A stretch of DNA of 62,907 nucleotides, filler included, from Sphacelaria rigidula (taxonomy: Eukaryota), in NCBI GenBank assembly GCA_964200075.2. It is 10 parts of 10 records of this genome, joined end to end, with 100 filler letters (N's around TTAATTAATTAA, not from the genome) between each part and the next. Parts side by side here need not be neighbours in the genome. Positions count along the whole stretch, not along the records: positions 44,108 to 50,307 come from CAXNAA020021555.1; positions 50,408 to 56,607 come from CAXNAA020021556.1; positions 56,708 to 62,907 come from CAXNAA020021557.1; 7 more parts are not named here. The stretch is one strand, 5' to 3'. The translations under genes were made by a program, and so were the position numbers. The notes beneath the pieces were generated by a model. The model had not been told where the DNA came from. It did no database searches and was given only the letters and a program-made list of their open reading frames with translations. Of this stretch, positions 49,098 to 61,473 are shown in pieces (the stretch's first letter is position 1; the number at the start of each line of letters is the position of its first letter).

Positions 49098-50963
49098 CTG
49101 ATGAAGAGAGGGGGGGGGGGGGGGGGGAAAAAAAAACAAAAAAAAAAAAAAAAACAAAAAAAAAAAAAAGAAAAAAAAAAAAGACAGAGTANTGTCCGTG
49201 CTAGAGCGCGCGGGGGGGGTGGGTGCGGGAGGGGGGGGGGGGGAGGGGGGGCGGGGGCCACCAACAACAACGACGACGACAACGACAACAACAATTAAGG
49301 TGTCAAGAAAAAAGAGGGAGAGGAAGGGCACAGACAGGGTAAGGAACAAAAAAAACATGGGCAAAACAAGAAGAAAAAAGGAAAATATAAATGAAACTCA
49401 ACACTTCAAAAAAATGATAAAATAGTCAAACAAGAGAGTTAGAAGATAACAGTACTCTACCCCACTACAAGCGGGTTGCCGTCGACATGACACACGACCA
49501 AACCCCAGAGAGCATCGTCCGCCAATACCTATGACCGCCCAAGCGTGTTCTTCTGCTAAAATCAGCACCATGCTCACTTGAAAAACAACAAGATGAACGA
49601 TCATACTCTTCTTAGGTGTGTACATGCGGACGCCGGAAGGGTTGACACCACTCGGCGCCCCAAAATAGCACAACAGATGCAACCTTTTGGGTGGAACAAG
49701 GACGACTGGAAATATATGAGAAACAAACAAACAAACAAACAAACGAAAAGCATCTCGGTTCAACAACAAAGTCAGCAGTTGGTGATCTAACAAAAATCAT
49801 ACAAAGTGCCGGGGGAGAGATGGGTTGAACCCTTGAGACCACGGACTCGTCCCGAGAAAGGGGAGGGGTTCAAAGTGCGACAAAATAAAACAAAGTCATG
49901 TTGCCATCGCAGAGTTGGTGCGCGCGAAGAGAAAGAGACGTTGCTCTGCTGATGCTGAAGCTGAAGCGTATAGAGGTGACCTGACGGACGATTTTGAAGT
50001 CGGCTGGCGGCATTATCAACTATTGTTCCGAAAATAGCTCTATCGCCTAATAGGAGGATACAGGCTGGTACGCCGAAGGTTCGAACAGGAATGTTGACAC
50101 GCGAGTCTTGAGCTCAATTTTAGATCGTTTTCGATGAAACTTCGAAACGATGTGCAGGACGTACATGCTAAGATCCCGAGAATCCCCCCCGTGTTTTTTT
50201 TCTCTTGTTCGTGAGTTACTGGCAATTTATTTCCGGAAAATGTTCCGAAATGTTCCGTCGCCGATGACTCACGAGGAAAAAAAAAAAAAAACGGGGGGGG
50301 GATTTACNNNNNNNNNNNNNNNNNNNNNNNNNNNNNNNNNNNNNNNNNNNNTTAATTAATTAANNNNNNNNNNNNNNNNNNNNNNNNNNNNNNNNNNNNN
50401 NNNNNNNAAATATGAAAAAGGAATAATACTTGTATATTTTCGACTTGCGTCACCCCCGCGATGCAAGTATCAACCTCCCGAAGGGGAACCTTGTATATAT
50501 ATATATATATACTAGGGTCGCATTGGTGAAAACATGTTGACCAGTAAATATATATATATATATATATATATGGGGTCCGTGTGGGTGCCAATGTATTGGC
50601 CGGTCAGTACATATTGGATATTATAAGTATGGCGAACGCTTTGAGAAAGATCCAGACGCGATGGATGCCGGAGCCCGTGCAGATTGGGAAAAGCTGCAAA
50701 GGGAGCCGCAGAAGTTCGCGTGCATTGCTACGGAGAGTTGTCGAAAGCGTTTGATATATATAGAGAGAAATTGGCCAGAAAATATGGTGACAGAAGAGGC
50801 GACCCGGTATATATGCCTTCTGATACCTATCTGGCCACCGGTGCGGGGCCGCCCATCCCCTTCACAGAATGTAATATATCTTCGGTAAACATCACGACGA
50901 CAGAAAACGCTTGTCGATATGCGCCTTTTGGTACCTCTGTGGTAACCGGTGCTGTGTCGCGTA

Positions 50964-51901
50964 TACCCTGGACACTGCAATATGTTCCAATATGATACCA
51001 ATACTTTGTATTGGAGACAGAGCAAATATTGTCTCTTCAATATGTATATCGTGTTGAGATGTCCTCAGGGACATTTAAGCAACAGCATATGCTTCTCGTG
51101 TCATGATCGTGAAGTAATGCATGACAATACATATGGGACATACATTTGCTCCGGGAACAAAACATTCAATATATATTGTGCATGCCAGCGGTATTGACGT
51201 GTCAATACATATTGAGTCGAAGCGATGCGTAACATTTTGTTATCATAAAACATGTTGAACGAAAACCGTGGAAAAGTATTGTTTATTCAATATGTGTTGC
51301 GCACGCTCATCGCATAGCTATTGTGCAGCCAGTATATATTGAACACGCTCGCGGAGGAATATATTGAGCGTTTTCGGCATGTGGTGATGAATCTTTTATT
51401 GTCGCCCTCGAACATAAAACTGCCCACTATACCAATTCCAATACACTTTCCAATCTACGTGTTGAAAATCATTACATATTGCTGCACCAGTATGTATTGT
51501 GACCGTCCGTTCCCTCGTGTATTGTCCGCCCAATATATATTGGAAGCATTGACGCACGACATATTGGGGCGGCATTATATATTAGCGCTTCGGGTGCTGA
51601 GTACATTGAATCGTCAATATATGTTGACCTCGTGTGGCAGCAAATATATTACTCGACAAACATATATTAGTGCCTTACCGCATCAACATATTACTCGGCC
51701 AATATATATTGAGGTGGCGCGTGTCGTGATGTATTGTTCGGTCGATATATATTGCATGTCGCGAGCCTCGACGTATTGATGGCACAACGTATTATGACCC
51801 TCTCTCATGCCATCATATTGCTCGCCCAATATGTACTGACCATCTGACGCGTCAAAAAATTGAGCGGGGGCAGTATATTACAAATTGTATTGTCCAGGGT
51901 G
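50964..51901. mobile_element. Non-autonomous TIR element rich in CAATAT/ATATTG motifs
   Basis: TA|taccctggacactgcaat ... attgtattgtccagggtg|TA (15/18 match). Confidence 0.55.
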
Positions 51902-53731
51902 TAGTGTATCTAGTGTCTTTGCTCGTCACATATTGATTTAGTATACAAACTTACGTGCTTCATATCTGGATATAGATAACGAACTAGGTAAAGGTAAGGG
52001 TACCTATCGTTTCCCCGCGCCCCAGGGGTTGTCCACAAAAAAACTCGCCATCCTCCGATGTATACATCACTCGGAACTTCATTTAGCTTTGGTACGGACG
52101 CTATCTCCGCCGTACGGTATAGGAATTACTGGGCATGGGGTTTTATCACCGAGGCAAAAATGGCCCCGACCCATGAGCAGATGGGCACCGTCTCCTTGAG
52201 TAGACGATTGGTACGATACGCGGATCACGGCCCAACTCGTTTGTGTTGGTGAGACATTGTTTTGAGAGCTTAGACCCGTTTCTAGGCTGGACCAGTCTGT
52301 ACCCGCACACATCATAACCCCACTACACCATCACGGGGTCTGCTGGCAACAAACCAGTGGGGGCACAGTGGCTCCGTCGACCCACGGCTTACTCCGTCCC
52401 GCTACGCATACAAGCGACGGGAACGCGCCTACGATCCTCTCGGTGTCCGTGCACACAGTGACAAACGGACAGACCATTGCAGGGAACGCCTGCTCCATCA
52501 CATAGCACATGATTGCTAGACCCTGCCATCGAACACTCTCTTCCGCGCCCACTTGCCCCGTCGAGAGCATCGAGCGGGTGGTCAGGAACGATGTTCGGAG
52601 AAAATAGTATCACATTGCCAACGCTGCCGCCGGAAACGTCAGCTCTTGGTAAAAAGTCTGTGAGAAAAAGTCCGATTCCCAGGGGGAAAACCCTTGACAG
52701 TGGCGCCATGTGCCCCAACTAAGCACAGTCGTCTAAAACGTCAAGGGAGGGGCGGGCGGGAAATCTCAGACAACAACGGCTCGAGATGCTGTCACCAGCT
52801 GATAGTCACACCACATCCGTCTCCCGGATCTCACAAGCCTTGAATTCAATCTGCACACCGTTATTATCAGGTAACCATAGTTGCAATCGCCCTTGTACCT
52901 TACCGCTTTTGCCATACTGAACATGCAGGCCAAGGTGTTCTGAAATGACTTCTAGAAACCTCAACCGCTATAAACATTTGGGATAATTCTACACGCTCCT
53001 GCACAAATCATTGATTCTTCTCGAACACAGAATCGAACCGTTTGTGTCGTTGTTTTCGAGTTCTGTCACATTATGCACTCCCGCTCACCGAATGGAGCAC
53101 GCCGGGCTTTCGCCGCACCAGGCTCACAAATCGATCACCAAGCGCGAAGAGCCGTGATGTGTTCGGCGAGTCGCATGAACATTGAGCTGCATCCTGCAAC
53201 GATTGTTCGGCCTATATCGTACGGGTTATCTTGCAGTTGGATGACAGCCTCCGATTAGCTGCTTCAGTTGCTGGTATCGCCACTTCCAGAGACAGCCACG
53301 GGTTCCGCATTGGTGTTCGTGGTGGGTGAAGGGGGGGGGGAGGGGGAGGTTAGGGAAAGCCTCATGAACCACCGGTTGAAAAACAGGGTGACTACCCGCG
53401 CATCGGACCGATGGCTCCCGTCTGGAGATTGCGCTGAGCGCAGTCGCACCAGCGCCCATGGTAATTGATCTAAGCTGATGTGCAGGTACAGCACACCTCC
53501 TTTACGCTGGCCCCCGCCACACCAATGCAATGTATCCCTCAGGGGCAAGAACCTTCCGTGCATATGTGACCGACCACTCCACCTATGCTCCTATTTCGGC
53601 ATCCAATCCTCGTCGCCATCGACAGAAAACTGTACGACAGGGGGAGACTATACTACGCTTCACTTGTTCATTCATCCACCACATACTACTTGTATCCGTT
53701 TCATCACCACTGTTTCGATGTAGCACGTACT

Positions 53732-54101
53732 GCCAGCCACCCCGGTGGCTCAGTCAGTAATCTCGAAACGATCTGCCGAGTGGGACGTGGGTTCGAATCT
53801 CGGCAAAGTCACACAACTTGGAATTTTTCATCACTTTGTGCTCAACAGTGGAGAGCGACTATGTCGTGGGTAAACGAAATTCGACCTCACGGTCGACGAG
53901 GGAAAGGGATCGCTGAACCCTTCTCGGGATATAAAGTAAGGTAAGGACTGCAGAAGTAAGGTACAGTACTAAGAACAAAACAAAAAAATCCTGTGTTGGC
54001 CCCCCTCCTGTGTGACCCTGGCTGATGCACCCACATGTCATATATACCGAATAGTGTAGGCTGACCTTCAGAATAGATGGGATGACAGCACACCACACAA
54101 C
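53732..54101 (+). mobile_element. SINE family 1, full length (tRNA head)
   Basis: TGGCTCAGTCAG / GGTTCGAATC boxes; CA-rich tail. Confidence 0.8.
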
Positions 54102-54179
54102 AGGTAGACAATTTCACAAGTTCAGTTACGCATTCCACCATGTATCTGGGCGTCATGAGCCGCCTCCCACGGGTGAGTT

Positions 54180-54740
54180 CACTACTCACCCCTCCACCCG
54201 GTGCCCTGACCAGTCTGCTCATCATAGCTTCTACGCCAATCGGTGATAGTTTTTGACTCTAAACCCCAATGCGCAAAGCGAGCCCGGACGTATGTCTTGT
54301 GCGTGTTCAATTTCAATGTACCCTTCTTCTGCAAGATCTCTAAGGGCACTCCTGCTGCGGACAAGTGTGTGACGCCATCAACCCATAGAGAGTGCGACGC
54401 GAACTCTGCAGGAAATAGCTCAGCCAACGCAACCACAAGACACGACGCAGCCACCGCATCGTACCGACTTCAGACCAATAATCCCCCGTTGTTCCACATA
54501 CCGTATTTCATCAGCGGGACATCGACAGGGAACGAATCATCAACTGGCATGAGCTCGGGCAATAACGCGATCGCTTCGCCCCCGTCTCGACATGTCAACG
54601 GAAATCCCAAGCGAATACGCGTCACGACCACTCCGACTCGTCACTGATCCCCTTTGGACGCCCGGAAACGTGTTTCTACCGATCTGCCGTAGACCAATCA
54701 TGTCGACGCAATGGTGTCCTTCCCCGATAGAATACCGAAT
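54180..54740 (-). mobile_element. Decayed tyrosine recombinase C-terminus of a DIRS/Ngaro-type retroelement
   Basis: SHSLWVDGVTHLSAAGVPLEILQKKGTLKLNTHKTYVR fits HSLR.GGAT....AG......GRW.S.....YVR with catalytic residues degraded. Confidence 0.7.
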
Positions 54741-54762
54741 CACTTGTACGCAAACAGTATAC

Positions 54763-54797
<35 letters not shown>

Positions 54798-55946
54798 CGC
54801 ACTTCAACGATCCCCCATAAATCCAGCCGTGGTTACATGATAGAGGTACCCAAGACAAAACAAGACTGAAACAATCGCTGAAGAAGAAAAATGAAGAGAA
54901 AAAGTCGAACAGAACGACATAGTAGACCAAGACGTAAAAACACAAAATGAATCAAAAGTCAAGAAAAGAAAAGCACAGGAAGAAATGGCCGGTCTGAAAC
55001 AAAAAATAAAGAAAAAAAAACACACACACACACACACAAAACTGAATGATAAAAATGTACAGAATAAGCGAAGATCTCGTATGATATTTTTAAATAGAAA
55101 AAGGGGGCACATAACCCCAGCCACAGCACGCGGCCACCCGGGCCCTACCCAAGCGACGATCATTCCCCATCCAAAACCACCGTCAATGCCACCGGCGGCC
55201 GAAGTCGTTGCTGTGTTCCCATCACAGTATGGCTACACTTCAATCCCATCAACACATGATTTTCAACGAATTCTGAATGTCCTGTTCGACGCCTCTCTCA
55301 GTTCAATGAAAATATGCAACTGCTGCCGAGTGACTTGCCACGGTGTTCGATCCCAGCCCTTTCTTTGCGCATGCACAGCCTATGTACTCAATCACGGACC
55401 AACTATTTCGTATCGCATCACCATTGCTGCTGGAAAACACTGGCTGGCTCACCTCCCGCCGAAACTGGACCACGACCCAAAATATCCCTCGCAACTTCTC
55501 ACAGACGACGGCGCAATGGTATTTCGGGCGGACCCGAGGCCAAAATGCATTAACACAGATGTCTCCCTTCTGTCCCGATGTTCTGCATGTGCCATCGAAT
55601 ATCGGGACGGCGGGACGAGAGGTTAGAAGAAGTTCAATCCGGGAACATTGTTTTGACATGACAATTTTTGTTATTGCATACTGTGAATGCCCTCGCACTC
55701 ACGAGTTGCTTCTTGCCAAAGCGAGGCTCCGCCGTTCTTGCTCTCACCACGAGCCTTGGATTTGGTAGGGAGAATGAGATTATTACTGTATGTTACCGTT
55801 TCAAGGGATATTTCCTCCATTGCCATCTGTGGCAGTAATTCTCACGAACCGAGAGCGAGATTGGTTCAGAACTGTGGAAGTGTTTCAAGGGCAGATCGAG
55901 TAGAGTATGTACTTTTGAGTACTCGAGTAAAATTCTCGAGTATTTA

Positions 55947-56340
55947 CTCTACTCAAAGTTCGAGCAGATCGAGTACGGCTTCAAATACTCTACTCTAATT
56001 TCGAGTTGATCGAGTACGACCTCCAATACTCTATTCAAATGTTGAGTGAGCATTCTCAATAATACTTGCGTATAGAGTACCACTTGGGTATGACCTCAAT
56101 ACTCTACTCAAAGTTCGAGTAGATTGAGCACGGCCTCAAATACTCTACTCAAAGTTTGAGTAGATCAAGTACGACCTCCATACTCTACTTGAATATTGAG
56201 TAAGCACTCTCGATAAAACTCGAGTATAGAAAATCACTTGAGTATGACCTCAATACTCTACTCAAAGTTTGAGTAGGTCGAGTACGGCCTCGCATACTCT
56301 ACTCAAATTTCGAGTAGATTGAGCACGGCCTCACATACAA
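55947..56340. repeat. Higher-order tandem repeat (~41/41/73-bp units)
   Basis: Units begin actctactcaaa; pattern short-short-long twice, then short-short. Confidence 0.85.
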
Positions 56341-56754
56341 TACTATATTCGTGAGATTCAGAACGTAGTTTCAGATTCAGAGTGGATGCTCTAGTGTTCC
56401 TAACAGGCAACTTTTTTTTTTTTTTTGCTTAAGCACACTCCTGTGCATGTACCGTACAGTACCCCATTCGAGGAATTCGGCGGTCTGGTTGGTGAGATAC
56501 CGCACAAATCATTTTTACGGCTGGGGGGCATTTCGGAACTGAAACTGTTTCAGGCACTGATCGGTTTTTCCTGAAAGAGGGGATATTTTGTTGCAATGGA
56601 CTGACTANNNNNNNNNNNNNNNNNNNNNNNNNNNNNNNNNNNNNNNNNNNNTTAATTAATTAANNNNNNNNNNNNNNNNNNNNNNNNNNNNNNNNNNNNN
56701 NNNNNNNAAGCATGAAAATGAGTACACCCCCCCCCCCCCGCCCCCTGTGCACAG

Positions 56755-59340
56755 CGAAAAGAGTCATCGGCAAGAAACTGATCGTATGCAACCGAACAGT
56801 AAACTGGTGGATGAGGAAGTAAAAGAGGCTATCCGAGTAAGGAGAGAGGCCCACGCGATATGGGTGTCGAGCAAAAGTACGGTAGGATGAGAGGAGTATA
56901 CTAAAGCTCGAAATAAATTGAAGAAGATGGCACAGAAGAAAAAGAAGGAAGTACGGAAAGAAGCAGTGATGAAAACAAATGAAGATTTCGATGGCGGGAT
57001 GGAACAAATGTGGGTAGGGATGAAAGGGATTGTGGGAAACCAGGCAGGAAAGAGGGACAGGGGGATAGCTACACTATGGAACGGTAAAATGGTCGGTAGT
57101 TCGAAGCGGAAGAGAGAAGTGCTAGTCGAGCACTACCGTAAACTAGAAACGCCAGAAGCTAACACCAAGTTCGACAAGGAATTCGAGATAGAGATCAAGG
57201 AGTGGGCAGAAGCAAATGTAGAGACTTCAAAACGAGATGAGAGTGGCTCGGAAGAATTGCAGAGATAATTTACTAGAGATGAAGTAAAGGAGTGCGTAGC
57301 TGAACTCAAGAACAGAAAGGCAGCAGGGGCAGACGAAATAGTGAATGAATTTCTGAAGTACGGGGGGAAGGAATGATTTCCATGATAGTTATTCTGTACA
57401 GCTGGCTACGGGAAAACGAGTACACAATCAAGAAGTGGAGAGAAGGAGTGGTGGTCAATCTTTTTTAAAAAGGAGATAAGGCTGGCACAGGGAACTATAA
57501 AGGGATAACGCTCCTCAGCACGGTAGGGAAAAAGTTCTGTAAGATTCTGAATAATAGAATAGGAACGATGCTAGATAGGACGAAAAACTCAGCGAGGGAC
57601 AAGCAGGTTCCCGACTAAACCGTAGTTGCGTAGACCATGTGTACACACTAGGTGAGATTATTCAGGGTAGGAAAGACGCCGGGCTGTCAACGTACTGGTT
57701 TTTTCTGGACGTGCAAGAGGCTTATGACACAGTATGGAGAAATGGGTTGTGGAAAAAAATGTGGAAAACTGGGGTCAGAGGAAAGATGTGGAGAATGGTG
57801 AAGATGACGGAATGTGCCAAAATTGCCATGATGCTAGACGGGGAAATATCGCAATATTTCGATATCTTACAAGGAGTTGCACAAGGATGTACGCTATCAT
57901 CCACCTTTTTCAACGTATTCATTAATGACCTGATATAACCGAGAGAAGTAGCAAATCAAGGAGTCAAGGTGGGTGAAGATGTGACATCAGGTTTGATGTT
58001 TGCAGATGATTTTGTGGGGATTTCAGGAACAGCAGAAGGACTGCAAAAACAAATAGACAAGGCTCTAAAATAGGAAATGGAGAGTGACAGAAAACGTCAA
58101 CAAATGCGCGGTACTCGTCTGCAACGAAGATAAGAAAAATCCGGCAGAGTTCAAATGGAAGTGGGGAGATGAGGAACTGCCGATCGTAGACCAGTGTACA
58201 TTCTTTGGTGTCGAAATCTCGAAACACTGTTCTTGGGATGCATCCATAAACAAAGTAATAGAAAAGGTGAGGCACAGATAAGCAGAATGGACGTGATCCT
58301 CAGAGACCCGCACCTAGACACTAGAATCAAGATATGCATCCTGATGAGAGTGATCGTACCACAGCTGGGATGTGCAGGAGAAGTATGGGAGGGGAACGTG
58401 AAGTTGGTGAAGAAGTTGGAAATAGTACAGATGGCGGCAGCTAAGAAGATACTGGGATGCTTGAAAACGACGAGTAATACAGTTTTGAGAGCAGAGTTGG
58501 GAACGTACTCACTTGAAACAAACAGAGACATGAGGAAATTGCGATGGCAATGTAGCGTAAAGAACATGCAGAGAAAGAGATTTGCCAGCCATGGGTGATA
58601 TGGCTGTGTGAAAGAAAAGTACGAAAGGGCATGCTGGAACCAGGTGGGACAAAGAAATCGAGAAAGTGTGGAAGGAGAAAGGAGGAAATCAAGACGAAAT
58701 GCTGGCCATAGGTGAAGGCGCGGAGCACAAGACAAAAGTAAGAGACATAATGGAAAAAAGGGGAAAGGAGCGCTCAGACGCGAAGTAGACGACGAGGAAC
58801 ACCTGGAGATACACGGGGGGTTGAGAGAGGGGGTAGGGATGAAAGCATATTTGCATAGCCCAATGGACGCTGCGAAACCAGTGAAACTGCGATTTCGGGT
58901 GAGAGACGTGGACCTGCCAGAAAGAAGAAGGAGATATACCAGTAGTCGTGTGGAGGAAGTAGATGCACAGAACTGCCTCAGTGGCTAAGCAATAGAGGGC
59001 AAAAGTCATATAGTTGCAGAATGTGAACTATACAATAAGAAACGGCATGTGCTAGAGGGGGAAATGCGGGACGTGAACGAAGATGGCATGAAATCGTTTG
59101 ATGCATGAGACAGTAGGGAGAAGACGACGTCTATACTAGGAGACAGATGGTGGCCAGAGACGGCGAAACAGGACGGGGATAAGACATGAAAAAGGTTTTT
59201 GTGTAATGTATGGAAGAGACGTAATGAGCGCCGGAATGTTGGAGGCGTCTCTATTGGGCGTAGGAACGGTGCTCCGTCTCGAAAGGGATGCGTGGTCACT
59301 GATCACACGACTAAGGCAAGCAGCAAATGAGTACCCCCCC
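56755..59340 (+). mobile_element. 5'-truncated decayed LINE (RT with FADD, C-terminal CCHC remnant; RTE/RTEX-like) ending in a C tail
   Basis: KAAGADEI, QAG.R, FLDVQEAYDTVWRNGLW, GVAQGCTLS, GLMFADDF; many stops and frameshifts; ends aaatgagtacccccccc. Confidence 0.92.
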
Positions 59341-59608
59341 CTCCTTGTGCTATACAGACTTCGGTTGGGCTATTTTCGTAGTTGGGTACATTTCTGAGTG
59401 TTGTCGTGTGATTCTTCCCCAGAAGTCGAAAGTCCTAGCGTGAATAGGCATTGGAAAAAGAAGCAGGTGATGCTCGGAACACAATCCTCAAGCTGGTGTT
59501 GTCGAGGTGATACGGAGTAAGGACCTCGTTTATCAGGTGGTTTTATTCACCGCCACTGGTCCAATAAACACAGATCTTTCAATCCTTAGCGCAATAATGA
59601 GGTAAAAA

Positions 59609-59641
<33 letters not shown>

Positions 59642-59868
59642 AGGGGTCCGATGACTTTTGCCGCCACGCTCAATGAGATCAACAGCCAAGATGCATGAGA
59701 ACCGGTCATCGTTGCTCGCGTTGCGTAACGGCACAGGTCACAGTTTGAAGTAGAGTATTTTCGCCGTGTGCGTATTGTGGCACTTATCCCAGGAGCAGGG
59801 TATGAAGAAAAGGTTGATTGATGTTTGATAGTTCCACCCACGGGAACGGGTAAAGGAAACAACCTTCA

Positions 59869-60100
59869 GCGTCGATGCACGCACACGGAGACACTCAGTA
59901 ACGCTTCCACCTGCAGTAACGGATAATACCCTCCAGCGTCGATGGAACACACCCGGAGACACCCTTTCACCTTTCCCACCTACAGCAACGGTTAACAACA
60001 CTGTCGACCGTCGAAGAACACACACGGAGACACTCATCCACGTTTTCCACCCATACGAAACACCGTCCACCGTCGACGAACACCCCCCGGGGGACACTCG
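59869..60100. repeat. Degenerate ~65-70-bp tandem repeat, 4 copies
   Basis: cgtcga...cac.cggagacac recurring. Confidence 0.6.
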
Positions 60101-60457
60101 TAGCATGAGCCCAGTGTTCGTTTCGTCAGGAACATCTGTCATAACAGTACTGTCGACTGCCATAGATGCACACCATCGTCTCCAACCATGAGCACAATCT
60201 TGATGCGCCGCCTAAACACCCAACAGCGCACGGAAGACTTGTGACGGACACACACCAGTGTTCTCAGCCATGATTTCAATATTATTGCACTGCGAAAATA
60301 CCCGTAACCACAGTGATTACCGACATACGCACAAGCTGCGGCAACAGCATACAGGCGACTCACTGTACGATGTATATGAGAAACGGAACATGTAATGTAC
60401 ACAATTCTGAAAGACCCGCTGAAAAGATTATACAATCCTGAAAGACGAACACTAGGG

Positions 60458-60533
60458 GGGGGGGGGCGTACTCATTTGTTGCTTGCCTTAGTCGTTTGAC
60501 CATTGACCACGCATCCCTTTCGAGACGGAGCAT
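60458..60533 (-). mobile_element. Minimal 3'-end copy of the C-tailed LINE, 15-bp TSD
   Basis: TSD agacgaacactaggg at 60443-60457 and 60534-60548. Confidence 0.85.
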
Positions 60534-60639
60534 AGACGAACACTAGGGACCGATCACCCGGTAGTGTACCTCACGTCATTACCCACCGTACGAAACAGGA
60601 TCCAGAAACAGAAACAAAAAAGGCGTACAGTATGCATCG

Positions 60640-61150
60640 TGACAACGAAGTACCACACAGTACCCGCAACGTGACGATAACTGTGGCATACACGGTCGAA
60701 GCACGAACTCGGAACTGTTTTCACCGTCACTTCTCATCAGGATCGACGGAGTCACAACTGTAGGCTGTGAGGAGGTCACCGAGGACAGCATCAAGGACAT
60801 GGGCGTTAATGGTGTCGATGGTAGCGTTCGTCGATGATAGGATGACGCTATAGTCGGCTGGGCGTTTCTTTGACCTCAGTCCAGGCATTGTCATCGCACT
60901 GACTAAGATGTCGTCGATCCTCATCCTTGGTGTCGGGAGTGTTCGCAACTGAAGGGATGCATCCGACGCAATCGTTGTTGATGCTACCGTGCATCTTGAG
61001 CGCATGTAAGGCAGCCAAGGACGCTGCAATAGCACGATTTGAATTTCAATGTCACAACGCCATCTATCTGCCCTCCTGTGTGTTCTTCCGAAAGTCAGCC
61101 GTACCCGGACAGATTGAAGTGATTGTCTCGAAGCGTTTGGAATGTTCCGC
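60640..61150 (-). mobile_element. Helitron Pif1-like helicase remnant
   Basis: SVILSSTNATIDTINAHVLDAVLGDLLTAYSCDSV fits the Helitron helicase pattern AIL.PTN..VD.IN..IL..L.G....Y.S.DS. Confidence 0.6.
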
Positions 61151-61248
61151 AATCTCTCTCACACCACCCGCTTGCCTACCCCACGACCTGCCCGCCGGAC
61201 GCTTCCATCCACAGGTTCCCAGTCATCATCTTGTTCCCATTCTTGCAG

Positions 61249-61473
61249 GAGTTCACGGCTCCAGAGGGGGGTTACAAGTTCATCAACGGGCGTGGGGAGG
61301 TTCAAGATGCCGACGAGTACATTCGAAATTCGGAAGAAAAGTTAGCGCAACAGGCGGCTGAAAAGTTACAGGGAGAAACGCTGGTGAATCCGATGCCAGG
61401 TCCTGTCCCGTTTCCCCCCCTGTCGGCGCCGGCCGATCGAGAAGGCGATGCAGATGTACCAGAAGAAGACTGA
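61249..61473 (+). CDS. Terminal exon of an unidentified host protein
   Basis: Pyrimidine tract then gcag|EFTAPEGGYKFINGRGEVQDADEYIRNSEEKLAQQAAEKLQGE...VPEED*; protein-like composition. Confidence 0.65.
   Translation, partial: EFTAPEGGYKFINGRGEVQDADEYIRNSEEKLAQQAAEKLQGETLVNPMPGPVPFPPLSAPADREGDADVPEED

Noticed and set aside
55947..56340. CRISPR-like array of palindromic repeats
   Set aside because: The intervening sequences are themselves repeated, so there are no unique spacers; no cas genes; eukaryotic context
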